Source: Nanobdellota archaeon
Lineage (GTDB): Archaea; Nanobdellota; Nanobdellia; Pacearchaeales; GW2011-AR1
NCBI GenBank assembly: GCA_030641715.1
Contig: DAOWGX010000003.1
Span: 1 to 50,828, forward strand
Reading direction: 5' to 3'
DNA: 50,828 bases
Part shown: piece after piece, positions 24,444 through 33,636 of the stretch
Layout of the letters: the number at the start of each line of letters is the position of its first letter
Numbering within the stretch: the stretch's first letter is position 1
Notes under the pieces: generated by a model
What the model saw: the letters and a program-made list of their open reading frames with translations, nothing else
Database searches by the model: none
What the model was told of the DNA's origin: nothing
Translations under genes and position numbers: made by a program

Positions 24444-26165
24444 ATGACTATGATATCTAAAGAAGTGATTAAATCCCACGCTCTCGAAAATGCAATCAAA
24501 CACCAAGGCAAGGCGAATCAAGGTGCAGTCTTGGCAGGTCTCTTCGCAGAAGGATTAGAAAAATCAGAAATAAAAAATATTATACCGACAATCCAAAAAG
24601 TTCTCCAAGAAATAAATTCATTTTCTCTAGAAAAACAAAAAGAACATCTTTCCAAACTTGAATTTCAAGCAAGCAAGCGAAAGATTAGAGAAGGTTTACC
24701 AGAATTGCAAAACGCCGAAAAAGGAAAAGTCGTGATGCGATTCGCACCATTCCCCTCAGGTCCACTCCACATTGGAAATGCACGAACAATGATTCTCAAC
24801 GACGAATACGCAAAGATGTACGGTGGTAAACTAATCCTCGTCATGGATGACACAATCGGCTCAGAAGCAAAACCAATCCAATTAGAGGCTTATAAATTAA
24901 TAGAAGAAGGTGCAAAATGGCTCGGCGTCAGCTACGATAAAAAAATAATTTACAAATCAGATCGAATCGAAAAGTACTACGCATACGCGGAAGAACTGAT
25001 TAAAAAAGGCTACATGTATCTCTGCGACTGCAACAAAGACACAATGCACAACTTAAAGGCAAAAGGCGTTGCGTGTTCCTGCCGAGAATTTCCTCCCGAA
25101 CTCCACCTAAAAAGATGGAAAGAAATGTTCAAGGCAAAAGAAGGTTCAATGTGCGCCCGACTAAAAACCAACATGCAGGATCCCGACCCCGCATTCCGTG
25201 ATAGGGTCATGTTTCGAATTTCCGACAGACCTCATGCAAAACTAAAAAACAAATACAGAGTATATCCATTACTAGATTTCTCATGGGCAATCGACGACCA
25301 AGTCCTCGGCATTACGCACATTCTAAGGGGGATGGAACTGGCAATAGAAACAAGAGTAGAAAAATTTATCTGGGATATTTTCAAATGGAAACATCCCGAA
25401 GTTATTTATAACGGACATTTCGCAATCGAAGGAGTTAAGATATCAAAATCAAAAGGTACACAAGAAATTAAATCAGGAAAATATACCGGCTGGAACGATC
25501 CTCGAACATGGTCGCTGCAATCTCTCCGAGACAGAGGAATTACACCTGAAGCAATTCGTCAATTCATTTTAAGTACAGGTATTAAAAAAACAAATATTAC
25601 AGTCCCCATCAATGTCCTCTACACTCTAAACAAAAAAATGCTTAACGAAGTTTCGCGATACTTCTTTGTAGAAAATCCAATAAAAATAAAAATTAGAGGT
25701 TGCCCCGAGCTAACAGCTAAGCTCCCACTTCATCCAAACCAAAAAACAGGATACCGGACTTATCAAACAACACAAGAGTTCTTAATCTCTGGACAAGATG
25801 CGGAACTTATGGACGGCGGGAACTATAGATTAATGCACCTCCTAAACTTCAAAGTCGACAACGTCAAGAGACTCTTACCCTTAGAGTACTCATTCCTCTC
25901 AGAAGAGCCAGACAGCAACATTGCCCCAGATACTAAGGGGTACGCCGAGCGGAGAAGAACAAAATTCATCCACTGGCTTCCACATACAATGTATAATATC
26001 AAGGTAGAAGTAAGAATGCCCGATGGTTCTATCAAAGAAGGATTAGGAGAGGAAGAATTAGGAAAATTAAAAGTTGGGGAAGTTGTACAATTTGAAAGAT
26101 TCGGATTTGTTAGGTTATATAAGAAGGAGAAAGAGAAATTGGAATTTTGGTTTGCTCATAACTAA
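24444..26165 (+). CDS. gltX: Glutamyl-tRNA synthetase, archaeal/eukaryotic type
   Basis: 573 aa. HIGH region 'FAPFPSGPLHIGNAR', KMSKS-like 'KISKSKG', and 'WAIDDQVLGITHILRG'. Confidence 0.9.
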   Translation: MTMISKEVIKSHALENAIKHQGKANQGAVLAGLFAEGLEKSEIKNIIPTIQKVLQEINSFSLEKQKEHLSKLEFQASKRKIREGLPELQNAEKGKVVMRFAPFPSGPLHIGNARTMILNDEYAKMYGGKLILVMDDTIGSEAKPIQLEAYKLIEEGAKWLGVSYDKKIIYKSDRIEKYYAYAEELIKKGYMYLCDCNKDTMHNLKAKGVACSCREFPPELHLKRWKEMFKAKEGSMCARLKTNMQDPDPAFRDRVMFRISDRPHAKLKNKYRVYPLLDFSWAIDDQVLGITHILRGMELAIETRVEKFIWDIFKWKHPEVIYNGHFAIEGVKISKSKGTQEIKSGKYTGWNDPRTWSLQSLRDRGITPEAIRQFILSTGIKKTNITVPINVLYTLNKKMLNEVSRYFFVENPIKIKIRGCPELTAKLPLHPNQKTGYRTYQTTQEFLISGQDAELMDGGNYRLMHLLNFKVDNVKRLLPLEYSFLSEEPDSNIAPDTKGYAERRRTKFIHWLPHTMYNIKVEVRMPDGSIKEGLGEEELGKLKVGEVVQFERFGFVRLYKKEKEKLEFWFAHN

Positions 26166-26496
26166 TTTTATACTCTTCTTAATTAACTGAATATTATACC
26201 TAACAGGATATAAATAATTAAAGGCTATGATATTCTATCTTATAATATGGATAAAAACAAAGAGTCATCCTACAAATTAATGCATCAAGAAATCGCTTAT
26301 AAAAATGTGGAACGCAGTAACAATTACAAGGTAGGAGTTGCAGATAAATTCCTAATTAATAAGGTAGTTGATAAAGTATTTTTTGAGTTCAAAAAAATAT
26401 GGGAAGACCTCCAATGGGAGATTCTTCTGCCCACTTTATGTTAAAAAAATATTTAGAACTTTATCAAATTCGATATAAAATAAACTCTCCCCTATT

Positions 26497-26904
26497 CTAA
26501 TCCCTCTTTCCAAAAAAATTCCCACCCTTCCAAACCTCCCGAACCCTCTCCGCATCCGACTTCAACCCCTTCCCCCTCAAAACCATCGCCTCCCGCCCCT
26601 TCAAAATCGCATCGCAAACTTTCACATCCGACGGACACTCTTGCTCACAACCCTTACAAAGAGTACATTCAAAAACAACCTTATCCAAAATCTTTTCTGA
26701 CAAAATAATCGCCTTCCCCCTCGGAGAAACTTGTTCTTCCCTCAAAACTCTAAAAACCGGACAAAGACTTTTACACATCCCGCATTTAATACACGGCTCC
26801 AAGATTTCGACAACCTCTTCCATCAAATTGTTAGCCTCTATCTTATCCGCCTCGCTTACCTTATGTTTTCCCATCATACCCTCCAAAACATTTAACAATA
26901 TCAT
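26497..26904 (-). CDS. 2x[4Fe-4S] ferredoxin-type protein (GlcF/HdrC-like N-terminal module)
   Basis: 135 aa with 'CIKCGMCKSLCP' and 'CTLCKGCEQECP'. It overlaps the 3' end of the NYN gene. Confidence 0.7.
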   Translation of the reverse strand: MILLNVLEGMMGKHKVSEADKIEANNLMEEVVEILEPCIKCGMCKSLCPVFRVLREEQVSPRGKAIILSEKILDKVVFECTLCKGCEQECPSDVKVCDAILKGREAMVLRGKGLKSDAERVREVWKGGNFFGKRD

Positions 26905-27469
26905 CCTTCTTCAAAACCATATATCTAAATTCTCCTCCACGCAAATCCCTCGAATACCCTCGAGAAACAGAAACCGTAATAACTTCTCTCCCCTGGTTTT
27001 TAATCAATCTCATAGCAGGTAAAAAATCCGCATCCCCGGAAAATAAAATACAAACATCGCAAAAACCTTTAACAAGACACATATCAATCATATCAGAAGC
27101 AATCATTACATCAACACCCTTCTCGACCCAAATCTTCACACCCTTGTCACGAATCGCTTTCAACCGACAAGTATTCACAACAATTTCTTTTCTCTTCAAC
27201 CCAGCTAAGAAAACCATGTGCTTATAATAATTTTCCTCCCCGAGATCAATATGCGGAATAGAATTATAATATCTCACTCCCGATAACTCCAACCCAAAAT
27301 TATCACAAACAAGTTTGGATAACTTCCAAAAATCTAAAGCTCGGGGCTTTTTCACAATAGATTTCACATTATGATACCAATTATTACCATCAATAAAAAC
27401 TACTGCATTTCTTTTGCTATTTTTTAAAACCATTTTAGAAAAAGTAAAGCCCGGCATTCCTTTCGTCAT
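26861..27469 (-). CDS. NYN (LabA/DUF88-like) domain protein
   Basis: 202 aa with 'VVFIDGNNWYH' and 'ILFSGDADFLPAMRLIKNQGREV'. Confidence 0.7.
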   Translation of the reverse strand: MTKGMPGFTFSKMVLKNSKRNAVVFIDGNNWYHNVKSIVKKPRALDFWKLSKLVCDNFGLELSGVRYYNSIPHIDLGEENYYKHMVFLAGLKRKEIVVNTCRLKAIRDKGVKIWVEKGVDVMIASDMIDMCLVKGFCDVCILFSGDADFLPAMRLIKNQGREVITVSVSRGYSRDLRGGEFRYMVLKKDDIVKCFGGYDGKT

Positions 27470-27520
27470 ACCGGGGAAGTAATACCTATTTCAATCCCTC
27501 AATATATTTAAATCTTTCCA

Positions 27521-28165
27521 TTATAATTCTCCTCGAACTTCCTTATTTACTCTATCAAAAAACTCAACCATAAACTCATGTCTCCCCTCCGCAATTTTCT
27601 TACCCTCTCCTGTCAACATCTTCTCCTTAACTCGAACAAGTTTCGCAAAAAATTCCCTATAAGCCGAATCATCTTTCGAATAAGGTTTAGTATTTTCAAC
27701 ATCAACATCAGGATTATGAACAACAGCACCTATATGTCCTGCAAAGGAAGTCGCTCTTAAAATTCCGATTCCACCAATTCCATCCAATTTATCCGCATCA
27801 AACAAAACCTTAGCCTCTACCGATTCAGGGATTTTTTCATTTCTAAATCTATGAGTTTCAACACAATGGACAACCTTCACAATTTTATCATAAGGATAAC
27901 CCATCTCTCTTAAAATTTCCCAAGCCAACTCACCACCCCTTTCAGCATGACATATTTCTCCCCGAGACTCGTCCTGCTCTTTTCTCGCAACATCATGTAA
28001 TAACACTGCAACTTTTAAAATTTCTAAATCAGCCCCTTCTTTTTCCCCGATAGCCAAAGCCAAACTCAAAACCCTATCAGTATGACAAATATCATGACAC
28101 GGATTAATCCCCTCAAAATACGGCAAAACCTTCTCTCTTAATTTATCAAAAAATTCTTCCTCCAT
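27521..28165 (-). CDS. HD-domain metal-dependent phosphohydrolase
   Basis: 214 aa with 'HTDRV...LLHDVARK' and 'DADKLD'. Confidence 0.75.
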   Translation of the reverse strand: MEEEFFDKLREKVLPYFEGINPCHDICHTDRVLSLALAIGEKEGADLEILKVAVLLHDVARKEQDESRGEICHAERGGELAWEILREMGYPYDKIVKVVHCVETHRFRNEKIPESVEAKVLFDADKLDGIGGIGILRATSFAGHIGAVVHNPDVDVENTKPYSKDDSAYREFFAKLVRVKEKMLTGEGKKIAEGRHEFMVEFFDRVNKEVRGEL

Positions 28166-29283
28166 CAGATGACCTTCCCCACATTAAATTTGTTCAAGGG
28201 ATCCGTCCGCTTCTTGACATTAATCAAAATCTTTTTATCATTCATATCAACTAAATTAATTTTTAGTATACCGATCCCATACTCTCCAGAAATTTGTCCT
28301 CCAAGTTTTTTCACAAATTTCATCATTTCGGGAATATACTTTTCCTGATTACGATTAAAACACGGGTGCAAAATTCCAACACCAATATGCCCAAAAATAG
28401 GTATACCAACGCTCTCGAGCCAAGTTATCAACTTAACAAATCTATCAGTCATAATTTTAAGATCTTCAATTCTAACATGACTGCCCCCAACAACAAACGA
28501 GTAAATCCTATTTCTCATCTCCATCAACTCTTCATATTCCCTCCCTTTCAGCAAACCACTATTGTCTTCATATTCAACAATCAAATGATAATCTTCAATT
28601 AATCCCATCCCTACGGAAATCTTCTTATCCAAAAACTCAATCATCGAAACATTTAGATTCCTTTTCAAATCCCTCACAATGGAAACAACTTTCTCAGAAT
28701 TCTCAACCTTCATCAGCGAAGCTGTCCTTTTTTTCAACGGCAACAATTTCAAACAAACCCTAACAATAACACCTGTAATCCCCTCCATCCCTACATAGTC
28801 TGACAATTCAGTAACCCCTTTTCGATGCAAATTTCCATAACCATCGACGACATCAATCCATTTTATCCAATTAGAAATTTTCCCATACTTAACCATTCTA
28901 CTCCCCCCCACATCCGTCGCAATCATTCCTCCGACGGTACATACATTATGATTCAAAATATTAATTGGAAATTCTAAACCGTTCCTTGCGAGACATATTT
29001 GTAAATCATCAAGGATAACCCCTGCTCCTACTTCGATAGTTCTACGCTCTTTATCAAAACTACCAATCCCATTCAGCTTCGACAAATCCAGAACAACATC
29101 CAACCCATTCAACGGAATACAACCTCCTGCCAATCCAGTCCCAGCACCTCGTGGAACAATTCTTTGGGTCTTAGCAACAATACTCCGAACCTCCATCACA
29201 GTCTTTGGATGAACAACATCAAGAGCCCTACCGTTCAATTGTGAAGCATCGGTTTCATAAGCCTTCATCAAATCTTTCCTCAT
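28165..29283 (-). CDS. FAD-linked oxidase (GlcD / D-lactate dehydrogenase-like), short form
   Basis: 372 aa. 'VPRGAGTGLAGG' is the FAD-binding PCMH signature. Its start overlaps the upstream gene by 4 nt and its stop overlaps the next start by 1 nt. Confidence 0.75.
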   Translation of the reverse strand: MRKDLMKAYETDASQLNGRALDVVHPKTVMEVRSIVAKTQRIVPRGAGTGLAGGCIPLNGLDVVLDLSKLNGIGSFDKERRTIEVGAGVILDDLQICLARNGLEFPINILNHNVCTVGGMIATDVGGSRMVKYGKISNWIKWIDVVDGYGNLHRKGVTELSDYVGMEGITGVIVRVCLKLLPLKKRTASLMKVENSEKVVSIVRDLKRNLNVSMIEFLDKKISVGMGLIEDYHLIVEYEDNSGLLKGREYEELMEMRNRIYSFVVGGSHVRIEDLKIMTDRFVKLITWLESVGIPIFGHIGVGILHPCFNRNQEKYIPEMMKFVKKLGGQISGEYGIGILKINLVDMNDKKILINVKKRTDPLNKFNVGKVI

Positions 29284-30032
29284 CGTCCCAACCCCCTAAG
29301 TTTTCCAAGAACAAAAGTTGAAAACTCAACACTCTTTTCCGACGCTGATTTCAAATTCGCATAACAAAGACCACAAGGAGAAATTATCTTCGTCGCATTA
29401 GAAGAAATAGATTTAACTCTTTCCACCGCAACTTTCCTAGCAACATCTGGAAAATTCATACGAACCCCGCCACCGGCACCACAACAAAGTGCACTCTCTC
29501 GATTAAACCTCATCTCCGCAATTTTTCCACCAAGCAACTCAATCACTTTCCTAGGTTCATCATAAACTCCAGAATATCTCCCAAGATAACAAGGGTCATG
29601 ATAACTCACAAGTTCCTTTTCCTCGTCGGAACCTCGAAACCGAACCCCCCGTTTTTTCAAAGCCTCCAAAATCGTCACCGTTGCATGCTCAACCTCAATG
29701 TTCCAGTCTAACACCAGCTTCGGATAAATTTCTTTAAAAGCATGATAACACATCGGACAGTTCGTAATAATCTTCGTCACCGAATGTTTCTTAAACAAAT
29801 CAAAATTCTTCTTAGCCAACTTTCGCGCATCCTTCCGATAACCCGCATTCAAAACAGACAACCCGCAACAAAATTCCTCATCTGACAATAAAATATAATC
29901 AATCTTAAGTCGGTTAAAAATTTCTTTATAGTTTTCAAACTCCGTCGATAAAATTCCCTTCATTAAACATCCAGGATAATAAAGAACATTACTTCCAAGA
30001 CTTTTAATCCAATCCACCAATCCCATACTCAA
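29280..30032 (-). CDS. Cysteine-rich (CCG) domain protein, GlcF/HdrB/LutA-like
   Basis: 250 aa with two CCG modules: 'YYPGC...EEFCCGLS' and 'YHDPCYLGR...ALCCGAGGG'. Confidence 0.75.
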   Translation of the reverse strand: MSMGLVDWIKSLGSNVLYYPGCLMKGILSTEFENYKEIFNRLKIDYILLSDEEFCCGLSVLNAGYRKDARKLAKKNFDLFKKHSVTKIITNCPMCYHAFKEIYPKLVLDWNIEVEHATVTILEALKKRGVRFRGSDEEKELVSYHDPCYLGRYSGVYDEPRKVIELLGGKIAEMRFNRESALCCGAGGGVRMNFPDVARKVAVERVKSISSNATKIISPCGLCYANLKSASEKSVEFSTFVLGKLRGLGR

Positions 30033-30083
30033 ATAAACCCCCTCATCCTTATAAAAATATATGTAATAGATTTGACAATAGAC

Positions 30084-30353
30084 CTACTTCCAAGGTGCAT
30101 GTCCAAACTGTACGACCAAGTCAGCATCACTATTCGGCAAATCGCAAGCTCCGAAACAAGTGCCAAGCCAAATACTAATCTTCGCATCAGTTTCTGCTAC
30201 CAAGTAATCACTAATCGTTAAACCCCAAGGTTTCAATCCGTCGGGTAACTGCAACAAAACAGTTTTTGCTTTTTGCTTTTTTATTTCGGAAACAATCCTT
30301 TCCAACTCCAAATCATAACTCTTCCCCAAGTTTGCAATAGTATAATTCATCAT
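30084..30353 (-). pseudogene. dph2: Truncated diphthamide synthase Dph2 (N-terminal ~89 aa only)
   Basis: 'YDLELERIVSEIKKQKAKTVLLQLPDGLKPWGL...GTCFGACDL...ADLVVQFGHAPW' matches the Dph2 N-terminal domain. The ORF then stops, and the next 50 nt are the promoter region of the next gene. To my knowledge full-length archaeal Dph2 is about 330-340 aa. Confidence 0.6.
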
Positions 30354-30476
30354 AAAATAACTAAAAAATATAGATTTAAAAATCCTTCATTATCCACGAA
30401 TCATATAATAGATACTAATTCTCTAGTAGTAACCCCTAGAAAGACTTATAAATCTTAATCTTATTAAAAAATTACA

Positions 30477-31274
30477 ATGGCATTGAAATTACCCAAAGGG
30501 ATGGACGAACATTATGGGAGAAATGTTGACAAGATGCCCGAGCTACTAAAATCTGGTAGAGTCCCAATGTCTGTATCTGGAATTATGCAGACAAGATTAA
30601 GACAAGGAAATAAATTTCCTAATTTATGGAACAATTATTTTGATACCTCCGACTTAGTTATTTACCCAAAGAGAAATAATAAAGATATTTATATTCTATT
30701 AACAGTTGATAACCAAGAAAAGATAACTAAAAAAGGGAAAAAGGCCTTAGAACTTATCACTAATAATTATACATCAAATAATGGTTCCACTATTGAACAA
30801 GGTTTGATAAAAGTTCCAAGAAATAAGGTTACAACCGAAACCTATTTAACAAAAGACCAGGTGTTGAATGAACAAATCTGGAGAATCTTGGCAAGACATC
30901 CTGATGAGGTTCCTGCCGGTTTTGCGAAAGATAAAAAATTATTAGGAAAATATTTTGATGAAGTTGCATCAAGAACCAATAGTCTAAAGAACATGACTCT
31001 TTATCCTAGAAATTCTTCAGAAGATAAAACTATCTTAAGAATGTGGTGTATCTACGGAATTGAAAATATGTCTACCGCTAGTGGAAAAGAACCAATGGTC
31101 TCAAATTTTGGCCGTCTCATTGGAGATACCAAAGTTTCAAAGTTAGAAAAATCAGTTATGGACGCCTTATCTCAAAAAAAATCTTTTGAATATAAAGGAA
31201 CATTATACGTCCCAGTTCAAGATAAAAAAGAAAAAATTAATTCCCACCATTTTTCTTTATCCTCATTAAATTAA
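30477..31274 (+). CDS. Hypothetical protein
   Basis: 265 aa with A/T box cttataaat about 28 nt upstream. No motif recognised. Confidence 0.55.
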   Translation: MALKLPKGMDEHYGRNVDKMPELLKSGRVPMSVSGIMQTRLRQGNKFPNLWNNYFDTSDLVIYPKRNNKDIYILLTVDNQEKITKKGKKALELITNNYTSNNGSTIEQGLIKVPRNKVTTETYLTKDQVLNEQIWRILARHPDEVPAGFAKDKKLLGKYFDEVASRTNSLKNMTLYPRNSSEDKTILRMWCIYGIENMSTASGKEPMVSNFGRLIGDTKVSKLEKSVMDALSQKKSFEYKGTLYVPVQDKKEKINSHHFSLSSLN

Positions 31275-31282
31275 GAAAAAAT

Positions 31283-31786
31283 TTAAACAGTTAAAACCTC
31301 TTCAAGACTCTCAACTTTTTTCCTTGCAACCGATAATTTTTTCTGTTCTCTTAACAATCGATTAATTTGCTTCCTTTTCTCTGGTCTACCGAATCTTTTC
31401 CATTTATCTGCGATTTTTGGAAGTCTTTTATTATAAAGGTTTGGAAAACCCATTTCCTCCAATCCACTTTTTATTCCATCAATAACAATTTCAACAGTTC
31501 TATCCTTATAAACCTCATTTAACCTAGACATATCATATTCAGAAATTTTAATAAAATTATTTGAATCACATTTTGTGCATTGTTCAGGAGCTTTCTTTGT
31601 TTTATAATTGTCCCCCAAACAATCTCGCCCAACATTAATAGTATAGTCTCCCCCAGCAGAACCTATGGCCTTACAATTATTACAATAAACCATAGATAAC
31701 TGATTGTGAAAATTATTATCGTCCTTCAATAAATAAACCTTCATAGCATCCAGAACCTTCAAAACATGCAAGTTTTCTTTTCTCAT
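31283..31786 (-). CDS. Hypothetical zinc-ribbon protein
   Basis: 167 aa with 'CNNCKA...CTKCDS' and a basic C-terminal tail. Confidence 0.5.
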   Translation of the reverse strand: MRKENLHVLKVLDAMKVYLLKDDNNFHNQLSMVYCNNCKAIGSAGGDYTINVGRDCLGDNYKTKKAPEQCTKCDSNNFIKISEYDMSRLNEVYKDRTVEIVIDGIKSGLEEMGFPNLYNKRLPKIADKWKRFGRPEKRKQINRLLREQKKLSVARKKVESLEEVLTV

Positions 31787-31851
31787 TATCTAAGTTACAT
31801 TTTATAATATTTAAATACTGTTGTTCTCAAATCTACACTTCTAATCAAAAA

Positions 31852-31862
31852 CCTTTTAATCC
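31852..31862 (+). promoter_or_regulatory. Putative TATA box for aIF5B (leaderless)
   Basis: ccttttaatcc is centred about 25 nt upstream of ATG 31882. Confidence 0.45.
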
Positions 31863-31881
31863 CAATCATCCAATTCTTTTC

Positions 31882-33636
31882 ATGACAAAAATAAGATCTC
31901 CGATTGTGACAGTTTGTGGACACGTCGACCACGGAAAAACTAGTCTTTTGGATAAAATAAGGAAAACAAATGTACAAGAAAATGAAGCGGGAAACATAAC
32001 CCAAAAGATTTCCTTCACAAGAATAGACGCTTCCCTAATCAAAAAAAGGGCAAAACCAATATTAGAAAAATTCAAAATCCCCTTAGAAATCCCGGGCTTG
32101 CTTTTCATCGATACGCCGGGTCACGCGGCATTTACAAACTTACGGAAAAGAGGAGGTTCACTTGCTGACATCGCAGTCCTAGTAATCGACATCAACGACG
32201 GAATAAAACCCCAGACAGCCGAAGTCCTCAAAATCTTAAAAGCAAACAAAACCCCCTTCATCGTCGCATTAAATAAAATCGATAACATTTCCGGATGGCA
32301 AACTTCTAAATCACTTCTTTCCCTCGAGGCAACAGAAAATCAAGCCACAAATGTCAAACAAAATTTCGACGAAAAGTTCTATACCCTCATCGGTGCACTG
32401 CATTCTTACGGATTTAACGCAGACATGTACTCAAAGATAACAGACTTCACACAAAATCTCGCAATCATACCCTGCTCTGCAGAAACCGGCGAAGGAATCT
32501 CCGAGATATTAGCAATAATCACAGCCTTGTCACAAAAATTTCTAAAAGATAGAATAAAAACAAAAGAACAAGGGAAAGGAATCGTATTAGAAGTCAAAAA
32601 AAACAGAGCAATAAATTTTCTAGAATGTATCCTTTACGACGGCAAACTCTCAAACAAAGATGAAATCGCAATCGCCTCGATAGAAGACAGCCCAATCATT
32701 ACAAAAGTCCGAAACATCCAAGAGGCTCAAGGGCCCGCCCCAACCAATGTACCACTTAATAAAAAGTTCAAAACAGAAACCGAAGTCAAAGCAGCAACGG
32801 GAATCCGACTACAAATAATTTCAAAAGAAGAAATTCTCCCAGGAATGCCATTCCAAGTAATCAACAACAATCTTGAAGAAATAAAAAAAGAATTCGCTGA
32901 AGAAATATCTGAAGAAATAAAAACTGACAAAACAGGAATAGTAATCAAAGCGGATTCGTTAGGTTCCCTAGAAGCGTTGCTATTCTTGCTTAAACAAAAA
33001 CAAATCCAGGTAATTCAAGCAGGCATCGGACCGATAACAAAAAAAGATATCTACATGACAAACACCTTGCCAGACGAGAACAAAATTTTAATGGGATTCA
33101 ATGTTAACATAGCCGAAGACGCCAACGTCGACGAATTAAAAGAAATAAAAGTAATTACAGGTCCTATAATTTACAAACTAATTGAAAACTTCGAAAAGTG
33201 GAGGGAAAATAAATTAAAAGAACTCGAACGTCAAAAGCTTAACGATCTCCCCGCAGTCTCTAAAATAACAATTCTCGATTTCGTGTTCAGAAATTCGAAC
33301 CCCGCAGTTTTCGGAGTCCAAGTAAAGGGTGGTATACTTAGGAAAGGAGAACGTTTCATAAATAAAAACGACGAAAAAATAGGACAAATAAAAGAAATCC
33401 AGGAAGATAAAAACAATGTTCAAGAAGCAACAGAAGGAAAAGAAGTTGCAATTTCAATTCCTGGAGTAAATTTTGAGCGACAATTAAAAAAAGGCGAATC
33501 ACTTTACACGAACCTCTCCGAAACTGAATTCAGAAACTTCAAAAAACATAAAGACCTACTAACCTCCAACGAGAAATCTATTTTACAAGAAATAGCGACG
33601 ATAAAACGACGAAAAAATTCAACATGGGGAATTTAA
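31882..33636 (+). CDS. infB: Translation initiation factor aIF5B (IF-2 family GTPase)
   Basis: 584 aa with G1 'GHVDHGKTSLLD', 'DTPGH' and 'NKID'. The domain length is typical of aIF5B. Confidence 0.9.
   Translation: MTKIRSPIVTVCGHVDHGKTSLLDKIRKTNVQENEAGNITQKISFTRIDASLIKKRAKPILEKFKIPLEIPGLLFIDTPGHAAFTNLRKRGGSLADIAVLVIDINDGIKPQTAEVLKILKANKTPFIVALNKIDNISGWQTSKSLLSLEATENQATNVKQNFDEKFYTLIGALHSYGFNADMYSKITDFTQNLAIIPCSAETGEGISEILAIITALSQKFLKDRIKTKEQGKGIVLEVKKNRAINFLECILYDGKLSNKDEIAIASIEDSPIITKVRNIQEAQGPAPTNVPLNKKFKTETEVKAATGIRLQIISKEEILPGMPFQVINNNLEEIKKEFAEEISEEIKTDKTGIVIKADSLGSLEALLFLLKQKQIQVIQAGIGPITKKDIYMTNTLPDENKILMGFNVNIAEDANVDELKEIKVITGPIIYKLIENFEKWRENKLKELERQKLNDLPAVSKITILDFVFRNSNPAVFGVQVKGGILRKGERFINKNDEKIGQIKEIQEDKNNVQEATEGKEVAISIPGVNFERQLKKGESLYTNLSETEFRNFKKHKDLLTSNEKSILQEIATIKRRKNSTWGI

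Noticed and set aside
26247-26444. 65-aa plus-strand ORF in the gltX downstream gap
   Set aside because: It has no SD and no well-placed TATA box. The AT-rich region easily stays open, and nothing supports coding.
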